A stretch of 64,000 bases of DNA from Oceanispirochaeta sp. (GCA_963663385.2 CAXXXD010000002.1:32001-96000), one strand, 5' to 3'. Shown: positions 19,086-29,952, numbered from the stretch's first letter. The notes: generated from the sequence alone by a model not told the origin. Program-made: numbers and translations.

Positions 19086-20944
19086 AGAAACACTGGTACC
19101 ATCACATTGAGGATAAAGCCGCCGGGCTGATTTTTCTCTTCCTGGCTCTTATCCCTACAGTTGAAATCCTGTTCCGGCTCCTGTTCCACTCCGGGCTGAA
19201 AGGGGCGGAAGGGTATACGCGGAATGCCGTAGTGTGGGTTGCCTTTCTGGCCGGGACAATCAGTTCCCGGGAGAGGGGGCACCTCTCCCTGACGTCAGGC
19301 CGGGACTTTCTGAAGGGGCCTCTGGGTGAGATTCTGCGCAATATAGTCAAGATCCTCTGTTCGGGGATCAGTATCGGCCTGGCAGTCAGTTCCTTCTCCT
19401 TTATGCTTATCGGGTTTGATCCGGAGCAGATCGTCGGTTTTATCCCTATCCGTTTTATTATACTGGTTATGCCCCTCGGCTTTCTGGTAATGGCTCTGCG
19501 GTTCCTCTATATACGGGGACGGGAGCATTCGTCTTTTACCACTGTTCTGGGGGGGATCCTTTTCGGTTTGTTCCTTGGTCTCCCCGCCTTCGGGAATATG
19601 GCCTACTCCCTGATGATGGAACCGCCCCTGTTTCTTGATTCCTGGATGACCGTGTATTACAGCTTTTTCTATTACGCGGCCATTCCCCTTATCCTGCTGC
19701 TGATTGTATCAGCCTTTGCAGGAACCCCCATTTTTATCCTTCTGGGAGGCATCGCTTTTTTCCTTTTTTCCCGGGATTGGGGTTCTCTGGAAATTCTGCC
19801 CAATGAAGCGTACAACCTGCTTACCAGTTCCAGCATTCCCGCTATCCCCCTATTCACCCTCACAGGGTTCATACTCTCGGAAAGCAAGGCAGGAGAGCGT
19901 CTGGTTCGCCTTTTTCAGAGTTTTATGGGGGGACTGCCCGGGGGTATGGCTATTATGGCTGTTCTGGTGTCCGCTTTCTTTACAACTTTCACCGGTGCTT
20001 CGGGAGTTACCATCCTGGCCCTGGGAGCCCTTCTCCTTTATATGCTTTCGGAAACAGGGGAGTACAGGAAGTCCTTTTCCGAAGGGCTCCTGACTTCTTC
20101 CGGGAGTATCGGGCTCCTCTTTCCACCCAGCCTGCCCATTATCATGTATGGCGTAATGGCGCAGATAAGTGTGCGTGATATGTTTCTGGGAGGAATTATT
20201 CCGGGACTTATCCTGGTTGGAGCCCTTTCCGTTATGGGAATCTATACAGCGGTCAGGTCTCATAAAAAAAGGGAATTCCACTTCAGCTTCAAAGAGTTTC
20301 GTGAAGCATTGAAGGATGCATCGGGAGAGCTCCTCCTGCCGATTATTATCCTTGCCGGGTATTTCGGCGGTATTACCACGCTGGTGGAAACAGGCGCCGT
20401 TGCCGTTATCTACTCTATTCTGCTGGAAGGATTTATTCACAAGGATTTTTCAATCAGGAAGCTGTTCCATGTGATGGATAAAAGCCTCCCCATTATCGGC
20501 GGTGTGCTGATGATACTGGCAACAGCCAAAGGTCTTTCCTACTATCTGGTGGATGCGGAAGTTCCCATGATGCTGACGGATTTCGTGAGCCAGCATATCC
20601 ACTCCAGGATAGTCTTTCTGATTATACTGAACCTGATCCTGCTGGTCACAGGCTGTCTGATGGATATCTATTCAGCCATACTGGTAGTGGGACCTCTGAT
20701 TATCCCCATGGGTGAACTTTTCCAGATCCATCCGGTGCAGCTCGGAATTATTTTTCTGGCAAACCTGCAGCTGGGGTATCTGACACCTCCTGTCGGGATG
20801 AATCTTTTTCTGGCATCCTACAGGTTTGAAACGCCCCTGGCGATAATATATAAACGGGTCGTGCCATTCCTGCTGGTTCTGCTGGTTATGGTGCTTCTTA
20901 TAACATATGTCCCCTGGTTTTCTCTGGCATTACTGGGGCTCTGA
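19082..20944 (+). CDS. Fused TRAP permease DctQ-DctM
   Basis: AIPLF, GLLFPPS and LTPPVGMNLF motifs; N-terminal DctQ-like helices. Confidence 0.9.
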   Translation: MKKHWYHHIEDKAAGLIFLFLALIPTVEILFRLLFHSGLKGAEGYTRNAVVWVAFLAGTISSRERGHLSLTSGRDFLKGPLGEILRNIVKILCSGISIGLAVSSFSFMLIGFDPEQIVGFIPIRFIILVMPLGFLVMALRFLYIRGREHSSFTTVLGGILFGLFLGLPAFGNMAYSLMMEPPLFLDSWMTVYYSFFYYAAIPLILLLIVSAFAGTPIFILLGGIAFFLFSRDWGSLEILPNEAYNLLTSSSIPAIPLFTLTGFILSESKAGERLVRLFQSFMGGLPGGMAIMAVLVSAFFTTFTGASGVTILALGALLLYMLSETGEYRKSFSEGLLTSSGSIGLLFPPSLPIIMYGVMAQISVRDMFLGGIIPGLILVGALSVMGIYTAVRSHKKREFHFSFKEFREALKDASGELLLPIIILAGYFGGITTLVETGAVAVIYSILLEGFIHKDFSIRKLFHVMDKSLPIIGGVLMILATAKGLSYYLVDAEVPMMLTDFVSQHIHSRIVFLIILNLILLVTGCLMDIYSAILVVGPLIIPMGELFQIHPVQLGIIFLANLQLGYLTPPVGMNLFLASYRFETPLAIIYKRVVPFLLVLLVMVLLITYVPWFSLALLGL

Positions 20945-20964
20945 TTTAAATAAAGGTAGGTATA

Positions 20965-22242
20965 ATGAGAAATCTGACAAAACCGGAACGGAGCTGGGTT
21001 CTCTACGATTGGGCGAATTCCGCTTACTCCATTACAGTTACAACGGCGGTTTTCCCCCTCTTTTTCGGGCAGATAGCACGGCAGGGCGGTTTAAGCGATA
21101 CCGCATCCACGGCCGTCCTTGGTTACGGAAACAGTATTTATGCCCTGCTGATAGCGGTTCTGGCTCCCATACTGGGAACCATGGCAGATTATAAGGGCAG
21201 AAGAAAAAAGTACTTTAAGGGTTTCCTCTATACCGGTACGGGAGCGACACTTCTTCTTATGCTGATACAGCCCGGGGCCTGGCTGCCGGCTATTATTATC
21301 TACATGATTACGGGAATCGGATTTTATGGAGCCAATATTTTTTATGACTCCTTTCTGGTGGATGTGGCAGCGCCTGAGCGGATGGATATGGTTTCCACCA
21401 AGGGGTTCGGCTGGGGCTATATCGGGAGTACCATTCCTTTCGTGGCATCTCTGGTTATTATCTTTCTGATGGCCAGGGGTGATATGTCCACCCTCAATAT
21501 TACGGGCGTCCGGATAGCCTTTCTGATAACAGCCCTCTGGTGGCTGGGGTTTTCCTTCCCTATCCTCCGGAAAGTTCATCAGAAGTATGGAATCGAACCG
21601 AGCAGGCACCCTGTACGGGATTCCTTCCGCCGTTTATGGGAAACCTTCCAGAATATAAGGAAGTATAAGGCTGTTTTTCTTTTTCTCCTTGCCTACTTCT
21701 TCTATATTGACGGAGTGGGAACCATTATCAAGATGGCAACGGATTACGGATCGAAAATGGGGATCAGCTCCGCCTTTCTGCTTCTGGATCTTATGGGGCT
21801 GCAGATCGTTGCATTTCCCTTTACGATTCTATACGGTGTGCTGGCCAGAAAGACTTCAGCCCGGACTATGCTCTTTGCGGGCATAGGGATCTATATTGTC
21901 ATTACCATTATGGCTGTTATACTCCCCTTTACAGGTCCGGAAATGCTTCTTCCCATGTTTATCTTTATTTCCTTTCTGGTTGCAACCAGCCAGGGGGGGA
22001 TACAGGCCCTGTCCCGCTCTCTCTACGGAGCCATGATCCCGCCGGACCAGGCCGGGGAGTTTTTCGGGTTCTTTGATATCTTTGGTAAATTCGCCGCCAT
22101 CCTGGGACCTTTTATCCTTGGACTGGCTACGCAGATAACCGGGTCTTACAGTATCGGAATCGGATGCATTGTTTTCCTGTTTATCATTGGAGCCGTATTC
22201 CTCTCCCTTAGCGGAAAGGCTGTTAAAGGACAAACCGGCTGA
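20965..22242 (+). CDS. MFS transporter (UMF1/BtlA-like)
   Basis: SWVLYDWANSAY and GEFFGFFDIFGKFAAILGP. Confidence 0.88.
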   Translation: MRNLTKPERSWVLYDWANSAYSITVTTAVFPLFFGQIARQGGLSDTASTAVLGYGNSIYALLIAVLAPILGTMADYKGRRKKYFKGFLYTGTGATLLLMLIQPGAWLPAIIIYMITGIGFYGANIFYDSFLVDVAAPERMDMVSTKGFGWGYIGSTIPFVASLVIIFLMARGDMSTLNITGVRIAFLITALWWLGFSFPILRKVHQKYGIEPSRHPVRDSFRRLWETFQNIRKYKAVFLFLLAYFFYIDGVGTIIKMATDYGSKMGISSAFLLLDLMGLQIVAFPFTILYGVLARKTSARTMLFAGIGIYIVITIMAVILPFTGPEMLLPMFIFISFLVATSQGGIQALSRSLYGAMIPPDQAGEFFGFFDIFGKFAAILGPFILGLATQITGSYSIGIGCIVFLFIIGAVFLSLSGKAVKGQTG

Positions 22243-22778
22243 TGGATCGGCAGAATGAAGCGGAAAACCTGGTTTTTCAGGGCATCTCCTTCGCCAGGAA
22301 GGGGAAGCATCTGAAAGCTGTCGAAGCTTTTCTGGGGGCTCTGGAAATTGTCCCCGGCAATGCTGTTATCTGTTTCAATCTTGCCCTTGAATACCTGTCC
22401 ATGGATGAGCCGGAACTGGCCCTCTCCTACCTGGACAGATCTGTGAAGAAAGAGCCGGATAATCCGGATTACTGGTGCGAAAGAGGGGTAGCCCTTTACC
22501 GTACCCTGGATTATGCCGGGGCGGAAGAGTCCTATGAACGTGCCATGAGCTGCGGAGGAGAAAACTCCCGTTTATGGAACAACTTCGGGGTACTCCGTTT
22601 TATTACAGAACGGTACCAGGAAGCGGGAGAGTTTTTTGACCGGGCTGTCAAACTTGATCCTGTAAACGCGGATGCCTGGTATAACCTGGCGGATACCCTG
22701 GAAGAGCTGGGGAACGCAAAAGGCGCCGAGGCAGCCCGCCGGGAGTATCAGAAGCTGCAGGGAAAGGGAAATCCATGA
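22242..22778 (+). CDS. Tetratricopeptide repeat protein
   Basis: TPR units such as AWYNLA and LWNNFG. Confidence 0.85.
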   Translation: MDRQNEAENLVFQGISFARKGKHLKAVEAFLGALEIVPGNAVICFNLALEYLSMDEPELALSYLDRSVKKEPDNPDYWCERGVALYRTLDYAGAEESYERAMSCGGENSRLWNNFGVLRFITERYQEAGEFFDRAVKLDPVNADAWYNLADTLEELGNAKGAEAARREYQKLQGKGNP

Positions 22779-23008
22779 GAGCCGAAGAGCTGGTTGCCGA
22801 AATCTACCGGCAGAAGCTGGAAGTTCAGAGCAGGGGCGGCAACCCTGTTAAAGTCCTTATGCCCCCCGATGTCTGGGAACATATCCGCGCCTGGCACATT
22901 TCTCTGGGGGTTATGGAAAAGGCTCCTCATATGGACTATATAACGGAAGAGGCCGTTTTTGGGCTGAGTGTGGTGATAGCCCCGGATTCTATTCTGACTG
23001 TTCAATAG
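22775..23008 (+). CDS. Hypothetical protein
   Basis: 77 aa; ATGA overlap with the TPR gene. Confidence 0.6.
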   Translation: MRAEELVAEIYRQKLEVQSRGGNPVKVLMPPDVWEHIRAWHISLGVMEKAPHMDYITEEAVFGLSVVIAPDSILTVQ

Positions 23009-23017
23009 ATATCCCGT

Positions 23018-24211
23018 TCAGGGATAGGACACCTCAGTCCATTCGCTTCCGTTTACTGACGACTTGAGAACAGCCTCAACAAAAAGAACTCCTGCCAGGC
23101 CGTCTTTGGCTTTCGGGTAGGTGACGGACTCTTCCCGCGGTGTTTTCCCGCTGCGACGGGCTGCAATCGCTTCGGCGGCGTCTCTGTAGATATTGGCAAA
23201 CCCGGAAGGAAATCCTTCAGGGTGTCCGGCTGCTATATGGGTTGAATGACTCCCCAGGGTATTGGAAGCCGCCCCGCCGGGTGTTCTTGTTTCCCAGGGT
23301 TTGCCCAGGGGCTTGTATATCAGTCTTTGAGGTGTTTCCTGTTCCCATTCCAGGGTGCCCCGGGACCCGCTGAGGCGGATTCTCAGGCCATTTTCCATAC
23401 CGGCCGCCGCCTGTGTCACCCAGAAACTTCCCCTGGCGCCATTGCTGAGTCTCAGAAGAGCTCCTGAATAATCGTCCACTAACCGGCCGGGTACGATATG
23501 TCCTGTTTCAGCGGCCACTTGGGAAACTTCCAGACAGGATATATAGCGCAGCAGGTTATGTGCATGGGTTCCGATATCCCCCATCACAAGGGAAGGTCCG
23601 CATTTTTCCGGCTTAAAGCGCCAGGATGTTTCTGGATCTTCCGGATCCGGATCATCTCCTGTTGCTTTTCCTCCCTGAACATATTCCACCTGAACCAGTC
23701 GAATCTCTCCCAGAGCACCCTCTTCAACCATTCCCCTGGCCTGTCTGACCATGGGGTAGCCCGTGTAGTTGTGGGTAAGACAGAAAATCAGACCTGTTTC
23801 GGAAACCATCTTATTAAGCGCTTCCGCTTCTTTTACCGTATTGGTCATGGGCTTGTCGCAGATTACATCCAGTCCGGCATCAAGAGCGGCCATGGCATAT
23901 TCGTAGTGGGAGTCATTCGGTGTCATAATGGCAACGGTATCCGCTCCATTTGAGCGTCTGGATTCGCTTATTATAAGTTCCAGGGCATTTTCATAAATCC
24001 TGTCTTCTGACAGGCCGAGCTTTCTGCCGGCTTCCATTGATCGCCGGGGATCGGAAGACAGGGCACAGGCGACAATGTCATAGCAGTCTGTAATACGGGC
24101 CGCTTTGCGGTGCATGGCTCCGATAAAAGATCCCGGACCTCCACCGATAACAGCCAGACGGATCCGTCTGCCCAGTAAACTGACAGCAGGATTATACTCA
24201 TCTGTTTTCAT
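23018..24211 (-). CDS. Gfo/Idh/MocA oxidoreductase
   Basis: IGGGPGSFIGAMHR, CDKP and GDIGTH motifs; start moved to MKTDEY. Confidence 0.9.
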   Translation of the reverse strand: MKTDEYNPAVSLLGRRIRLAVIGGGPGSFIGAMHRKAARITDCYDIVACALSSDPRRSMEAGRKLGLSEDRIYENALELIISESRRSNGADTVAIMTPNDSHYEYAMAALDAGLDVICDKPMTNTVKEAEALNKMVSETGLIFCLTHNYTGYPMVRQARGMVEEGALGEIRLVQVEYVQGGKATGDDPDPEDPETSWRFKPEKCGPSLVMGDIGTHAHNLLRYISCLEVSQVAAETGHIVPGRLVDDYSGALLRLSNGARGSFWVTQAAAGMENGLRIRLSGSRGTLEWEQETPQRLIYKPLGKPWETRTPGGAASNTLGSHSTHIAAGHPEGFPSGFANIYRDAAEAIAARRSGKTPREESVTYPKAKDGLAGVLFVEAVLKSSVNGSEWTEVSYP

Positions 24212-24266
24212 AAAAAAGGACTCCTTCCGGAGTCCCATTATAAGATCAATTACTGTAAATTACCAG

Positions 24267-25556
24267 TTATTTGACTACATCCTTACAGGCGCTGAATACA
24301 TTGGCAAAGAGCTCTTCAATATACTGCGCGGGCAGTGAGGAGTAGGCGACCCGGACAAGTTTTCCCAGGGCGATTATTCCTGTGTCGTAATCCTTCAGAA
24401 GTGTCTGGCGGACCTCTTCCGCATCGGCGGTTTTCAGTTTGACACACATAAAATATCCCGAGTTGTAGGGAAGGGCTTCAAAGTGTTCCCTGTATTCAGG
24501 ATGAGCTTCCAGGGTTTTTATTACCAGGTCGTAACGGGATTTGAGCAGCTCGTATTTGCTTTTCTTGTCTCCTTCGTAGGAGCTGTCCTTGTATGCGGTG
24601 AGAAGAAGATTCTGGGAGAGAATGCTGTCGTTGGAGATATTTCCTCTTACCGCACCGGCAGCTTTATCCACCAGGGCCTGTCCTGCTTCGGCGGTCATTC
24701 CCTTCCAGGAGAAGGTCATGAAACCGACACGGAATCCCCATACATAGTCTTCCTTGGTGGCGCCGTCAATCTTAACAGCCAGAACTCTCTCGTGAAGTTC
24801 GGCTGTGTAGGAGAAGATGGACTGGGTGGCAATCCCTTTTTCGTAAACCAGTCCGAAATAGGCATCGTCAATAAGGACAACAATATTCTTGCCATTATCA
24901 GCGGCTGCTTTCAGGATACCGGCGATGCCTTCCATCTCATCTTCGTTCGGGGTGTATCCGGTAGGGTTATTGGGGAAGTTCAGAAGGACAATCTTCTTTT
25001 CTCCGGGGGCGGCCAGTTTCTCCTCCAGCCCCTTCAGGTTAAACCCCTGTCCTTCGTACATGGTATAGCAGTCCAGTTCCGCACCGTAGGCATTGGCAAA
25101 AGCCAGGTTGTAGTTGCCCCAGTAGTATTCGGGAAGGATAACCTTGTCTCCCTCATTGATGAAAAGGTAGCCTGCCATGCTCAGACCATGAGTCAGGGCA
25201 TTTGTTACCACAGGAAGTGTCAGTTCCGTATTTTCCAGGGCGGGATTCTTTTTCCGCATAATCTCCTGCCATGTTTTTCTCAAGTCCGGAAGGCCGTAGC
25301 TGGGGGCGTAGGGAAAAACCCTGTCGGGGGTCATATTTACCAGACTTTCCAGGGCAGACAGGCGCAGGGGAGATCCGTCATCCTCAGTAGCCATACCGAT
25401 GGATGCATTTATACGTTTGCCTTTGGCATCCTGTCCCTGCATAACCAGTCCCTTTTTCGGGAAAAAGATCTCCTTTCCCTTTCTGGAAAGCAGGGAAAAA
25501 ACGGCGGGATTCTGTTCGCTCAGAACTTTGTTCAGCGCTTCGGCCTGGGGATTCAT
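24267..25556 (-). CDS. Aminotransferase class I/II
   Basis: NFPNNPTGY, DDAY and GATKEDYVWGFRVG (PLP lysine). Confidence 0.92.
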   Translation of the reverse strand: MNPQAEALNKVLSEQNPAVFSLLSRKGKEIFFPKKGLVMQGQDAKGKRINASIGMATEDDGSPLRLSALESLVNMTPDRVFPYAPSYGLPDLRKTWQEIMRKKNPALENTELTLPVVTNALTHGLSMAGYLFINEGDKVILPEYYWGNYNLAFANAYGAELDCYTMYEGQGFNLKGLEEKLAAPGEKKIVLLNFPNNPTGYTPNEDEMEGIAGILKAAADNGKNIVVLIDDAYFGLVYEKGIATQSIFSYTAELHERVLAVKIDGATKEDYVWGFRVGFMTFSWKGMTAEAGQALVDKAAGAVRGNISNDSILSQNLLLTAYKDSSYEGDKKSKYELLKSRYDLVIKTLEAHPEYREHFEALPYNSGYFMCVKLKTADAEEVRQTLLKDYDTGIIALGKLVRVAYSSLPAQYIEELFANVFSACKDVVK

Positions 25557-25693
25557 TCAGATTGCTCCTTAAAATAGTCATATTTGGGTTTAATTTCTCA
25601 TACTAGCGGAAAGGATTGCCTTTGGGAATCCTGAAGTATGTATAAATATGCATTTTTTTCAGGTTTTATACATGATAGGACTTTCTAAACAAC

Positions 25694-25869
25694 AACCCTT
25701 TCCCCCGCCCCTGCTCCCAAAGGGAGAGGGGTGCGAAATCTTTAATCTCATCAGGGATTATTTTCAGACTGATTCATTCAATATGGTTCTGATGTAATTA
25801 AATTATTTTGTTTAATAAAAATACATTTCTCCCCTCTCCCTTTGGGTAGAAGGGTAGGGGGAGAGGGTT
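25694..25869. repeat. Inverted pair of REP-like palindromes around an AT-rich core (REPIN/MITE-like)
   Basis: 25694-25731 and 25831-25869 are imperfect reverse complements sharing CCCAAAGGGAGAGGGG. Confidence 0.75.
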
Positions 25870-25881
25870 TTAAATTATGGA

Positions 25882-26694
25882 TTACTGCTTGCCTGTCAGC
25901 TGGAGGTACTGTTTTCTGTATTGGGAGGGGGAACTCCCCGTGTATTGTTTAAATACCCGGCTGAAGTGGAATTCGCTGTAGAAGTTCAGATCCTGGGCAA
26001 TAACGGACAGGGGTCTGTCGGTGCTGGTGAGCATGGATCCGGCCGCTTCAATTCTGAGCCGGGTCAGATACTTCATGGGGGTGGTTTTCATCTTCTGCTG
26101 GAAAAGCCGGATAAAGTAGGATTTATTCAGTCCCAGCCGTCCGGCAATCTGTTCCAGGTCCAGTTCGGAAGTAATATTGTTCTGCATGATTTTCAGGGCC
26201 TTCTCGATATGGGCGTTCCGGCTGTCGGAGAAATGGAATTCCTCCTCGCTGGAGAGCATATATAAAAAGGAGAGAAACTGATGGATCGCCGAATGCCGGA
26301 GAGCCGGGCTGTCTGACAATCCTTTCTCCTTTATCTCCTCAAAGAAAAAACGGTAGTTGGTACCCGCCTTATAGATTTTATCATAGCGGATCTCGTCACT
26401 CAGGAGGCGGTGCACTTCCCTGTCCTCTTCCGACAGTTCAAGCAGAACCGCATAGTAGGAGATGGGATTGTCTCCCTCCTGAACGATGATGGCATGATTT
26501 ACTTCGGGACGGGTCATGCAAATACAGCCCGGAGTTATATTGAACCTGGTAAGATTATTGAGGAAGCGGGCATTCCCCTGAATGAAATAGTGGAGTTCAA
26601 ACTGTCTCTTCCCATGGGCGTGACGGCGGCTATGCCAGCGGATTTCTGTCTCTTCCCGCATCTGATAGACAAAAACCACATCAAGAATTTTCAT
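25882..26694 (-). CDS. AraC-family regulator, likely of xylose genes
   Basis: Cupin N-terminus and double HTH (FSRVFKQYTGSSPSQYR); divergent from xylB; start could extend to 26739. Confidence 0.88.
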   Translation of the reverse strand: MKILDVVFVYQMREETEIRWHSRRHAHGKRQFELHYFIQGNARFLNNLTRFNITPGCICMTRPEVNHAIIVQEGDNPISYYAVLLELSEEDREVHRLLSDEIRYDKIYKAGTNYRFFFEEIKEKGLSDSPALRHSAIHQFLSFLYMLSSEEEFHFSDSRNAHIEKALKIMQNNITSELDLEQIAGRLGLNKSYFIRLFQQKMKTTPMKYLTRLRIEAAGSMLTSTDRPLSVIAQDLNFYSEFHFSRVFKQYTGSSPSQYRKQYLQLTGKQ

Positions 26695-26780
26695 TGCAAT
26701 GTCAATTATATGCATGAATTCAAAATTCTGTCCATTCATTTGGGAGGATCGGGGAAATACAATGGGAGCATATAGGGAGG

Positions 26781-28283
26781 ATGAAGTTGAAAACAGTCAT
26801 TGGAATAGATAATGGAACTCAGAGCACAAAAGTGGTGTTCTATGATTTTGAAAATAAAAAGATTGCCGCCTCCGCTTCAGCATCCCATGAGCTGATCAGC
26901 CGGGATGACGGCAGCCGTGAACAGAAAGCCGAATGGTGGATTTCCGCTCTGCAGAGCTGCTTTGATCAGATAGATCCGGAAATCAGAAAAACGGCTCTGG
27001 CTGCCGGTGTATCCGGTCAGCAGCACGGATTTGTCCCGGTAGACAAGGATGGAAATGTCCTGCGGGATGTAAAGCTTTGGTGTGATACATCGACAGCTCC
27101 GGAGTGTACTGAGCTGACAGACACTTTCGGAGGGCGCGATAAACTTCTGAACGAAACGGGTAACCTGGTTCTTCCCGGTTATACCGCCTCCAAAATACTC
27201 TGGTTTAAAAAGAATAACCCCGAAGAATACGCCCGCATGGCCCACATTCTTCTTCCCCACGACTACCTTAACTACTACCTGACCGGGGAATATACCATGG
27301 AATACGGAGATGCTTCCGGTACCGCTCTTCTGGATGTGAAAACCCGGACCTGGCATGCTCCCCTTGTCAGGGCTCTGGACCCGGACCGGGATCTGATGAG
27401 CTGCTTACCCCGTTTGATTGAACCCTGGGAAGCCGCCGGAAAAGTCCGGAAGGAGATTGCTTCGAGGCTGGGGATCCCCGCCGGGATTCCTGTCTCATCC
27501 GGAGGCGGGGACAATATGATGGGTGCTGTGGGAACAGGAACGACCCGGGACGGTATACTTACCATGAGCCTTGGTACCAGCGGAACCCTCTACGGCTATT
27601 CGGACTCTCCCATTATAGATCCTGACGGGAACCTGGCGGCATTCTGTTCCAGCACGGGGGGATGGCTGCCCCTGCTCTGCACCATGAACTGTACCGTTGC
27701 CACCGAGCTGATGCGTCAGCTCTTTGAGTACGGGGTAAAGGAATTTGACCGGTTGGCCGATTCCGCTCCGGCCGGAGCTGAAGGAATTCTGACACTGCCT
27801 TTCTTCAATGGAGAAAGGACGCCCAACTTTCCAAACGGAAAAGGCTGTATTGCGGGGATGACCGCTTCCAATGTGAAGAAGGAGAATATTTTCCGCTCAG
27901 CCATGGAATCTGCCATTCTGGGGATGAAGCTTGGTCTGGACTCATTTCAGAAACTGGGATTCAAGGCCCGGGAAGTCCGTCTGATCGGGGGCGGTGCCAA
28001 CTCTTCCGTCTGGCGTCAGATCACAGCGGATATTCTGAACCTGCCGGTTGTGATCCCGGTTACAGCGGAAGCGGCTGCTCTGGGAGGCGCTCTGCAGAGT
28101 CTCTGGTGCCTGGAAAAAGCGGCAGGTCGTTCTGCGGATGATATTAATGATCTGATAAACGAACATGTCGGATTGGCCGAGGACAAGGGCTGTGTTCCCA
28201 ACCCGGAAAATGTCGGAATTTATGAAAAAGTCTATGCCGGTTATTCCCGTTATGTAGACGCATTAAGCGGGCTGTTCAGCTGA
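26781..28283 (+). CDS. xylB: Xylulokinase
   Basis: GIDNGTQSTK, SGQQHG, GGGDN and PFFNGERTP; adjacent to xylA. Confidence 0.92.
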   Translation: MKLKTVIGIDNGTQSTKVVFYDFENKKIAASASASHELISRDDGSREQKAEWWISALQSCFDQIDPEIRKTALAAGVSGQQHGFVPVDKDGNVLRDVKLWCDTSTAPECTELTDTFGGRDKLLNETGNLVLPGYTASKILWFKKNNPEEYARMAHILLPHDYLNYYLTGEYTMEYGDASGTALLDVKTRTWHAPLVRALDPDRDLMSCLPRLIEPWEAAGKVRKEIASRLGIPAGIPVSSGGGDNMMGAVGTGTTRDGILTMSLGTSGTLYGYSDSPIIDPDGNLAAFCSSTGGWLPLLCTMNCTVATELMRQLFEYGVKEFDRLADSAPAGAEGILTLPFFNGERTPNFPNGKGCIAGMTASNVKKENIFRSAMESAILGMKLGLDSFQKLGFKAREVRLIGGGANSSVWRQITADILNLPVVIPVTAEAAALGGALQSLWCLEKAAGRSADDINDLINEHVGLAEDKGCVPNPENVGIYEKVYAGYSRYVDALSGLFS

Positions 28284-28347
28284 ATACCCCAGGAAAATCA
28301 GCCTTACAGGGCTGTCACAATAAATCAACTATATGAAGGAGACTGTT

Positions 28348-29682
28348 ATGGGTCAGGTTTTTAAGGGAAATACAGAATATTTTAAAAATATCGGGAAAAT
28401 CCCATTTGAAGGCAGAGGGTCTGATAATCCTCTGGCATTTAAGTTTTATGATGAAAACAGGAAGGTTCTGGGAAAAACCATGAAAGACCACCTGCGCTTC
28501 GGAGTTGCTTACTGGCACTCTTTCTGTGCCAACGGGGGAGATCCTTTCGGTAATCAGACTATCTTTCACCCCTGGGATCATGCCGATCCCATGACAAAGG
28601 CGCAGAATAAAGCGGATGCGGCGTTTGAGTTCATTTCCAAACTGGGAGCTCCCTACTACTGTTTTCATGATGTGGATGCTTCTCCCGAAGGTACCAGTCT
28701 GGGGGAGTATGAAGACAATCTGCAGAAGGTTACGGCTATGCTGAAAGAACGTCAGGATGCCACGGGGATCAAACTATTATGGAATACGGCCAATGCCTTC
28801 TCCAACCCCCGTTATATGAACGGCGCAGCAACCAATCCGGATTTCAGTGTACTGGCTTATGCGGCGGCACAGGTAAAGGCGTGTCTCGATGCGAATGTGA
28901 TACTGGGCGGGGAAGGCTACACATTCTGGGGCGGACGCGAAGGGTATATGTCTCTCTATAATACAAATATGAAACGGGAAAAAGAGCACCTGGCTCAGTT
29001 CCTCACAATGGCCCGGGATTACGGTCGTAAAATCGGATTCAAGGGTAAGTTCTACATCGAACCCAAACCCATGGAACCCTCCAAGCATCAGTATGATTAC
29101 GATGCGGAAGTGGTTGTAAACTTTATTAAAAGTTTCGGACTGGAAGAAGATTTTGCCTGCAACATCGAAGCCAACCATGCCACCCTGGCAGGTCACTCCT
29201 TTGAACATGATCTTCAGGTTGCGGCAGAATACGGTCTGCTGGGAAGCGTTGACGCCAACAGGGGGGATATGCAGAACGGCTGGGATACGGACCAGTTCCC
29301 CAACAGTGTTCCCGAAGCCGTGGAAGCCATGAGAATCATTCTGGGGATGGGCGGCTTTAAAACCGGCGGTCTGAACTTTGATGCCAAGATCAGAAGAAAC
29401 TCTACGGATATGGAAGATCTGTTTATTGCCCATATCGGCGGGATGGATACTTTTGCTATCGCTCTGGAAATTGCGGCGGAAATACAGGAAGACGGGAGAA
29501 TTGAAAAGATGAAAGCCCGACGCTACAGTTCCTTCGATTCCGGTAAGGGCAGGGACTACGAAGAGGGAAAACTCTCCCTGGAAGAGCTGCGGAATATCGC
29601 CGCGGAAAAGGGTGAACCTGCCGTAATCAGCGGTAAGCAGGAGCTCTATGAGAATATTGTGAACCAGTTTATCTACAGATAA
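28348..29682 (+). CDS. xylA: Xylose isomerase (class II)
   Basis: AYWHSF, FHDVD, WGGREGY, EPKPMEP, NIEANHA and GWDTDQF. Confidence 0.97.
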   Translation: MGQVFKGNTEYFKNIGKIPFEGRGSDNPLAFKFYDENRKVLGKTMKDHLRFGVAYWHSFCANGGDPFGNQTIFHPWDHADPMTKAQNKADAAFEFISKLGAPYYCFHDVDASPEGTSLGEYEDNLQKVTAMLKERQDATGIKLLWNTANAFSNPRYMNGAATNPDFSVLAYAAAQVKACLDANVILGGEGYTFWGGREGYMSLYNTNMKREKEHLAQFLTMARDYGRKIGFKGKFYIEPKPMEPSKHQYDYDAEVVVNFIKSFGLEEDFACNIEANHATLAGHSFEHDLQVAAEYGLLGSVDANRGDMQNGWDTDQFPNSVPEAVEAMRIILGMGGFKTGGLNFDAKIRRNSTDMEDLFIAHIGGMDTFAIALEIAAEIQEDGRIEKMKARRYSSFDSGKGRDYEEGKLSLEELRNIAAEKGEPAVISGKQELYENIVNQFIYR

Positions 29683-29691
29683 GGATTTTTA

Positions 29692-29805
29692 CCTTGATCC
29701 CCCCTCGCCAGCCCCTCTTAAATCTCCCCGAAGGGGAGACACAAAACAGGTTTCCCTCCTTTGGAGGGATCAAGGGAGGCCGGGAGAGGGGTTCGGGGGT
29801 GAGGG
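29692..29805. repeat. Nested REP-like palindromes
   Basis: A CCCCTCGCC...CGGGAGAGGGG hairpin is interrupted by a two-hairpin unit at 29710-29780. Confidence 0.7.
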
Positions 29806-29832
29806 CTTCTGTTTGAAAACTCTCCTTATTTT

Positions 29833-29862
29833 ATACCCTGCCGTTCAACCGGCAGGGTATTT
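29833..29862 (+). terminator. Probable terminator after xylA
   Basis: Perfect 11-bp stem ATACCCTGCCG/CGGCAGGGTAT; T-tail is short. Confidence 0.65.
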
Positions 29863-29952
29863 CAATCGAAGGGGACATTTCACCATATTCATTGAAACCT
29901 GTTCTTTCACATTGTATACTGGATTATATCAATCATTCAGTCAGGAAAACAT

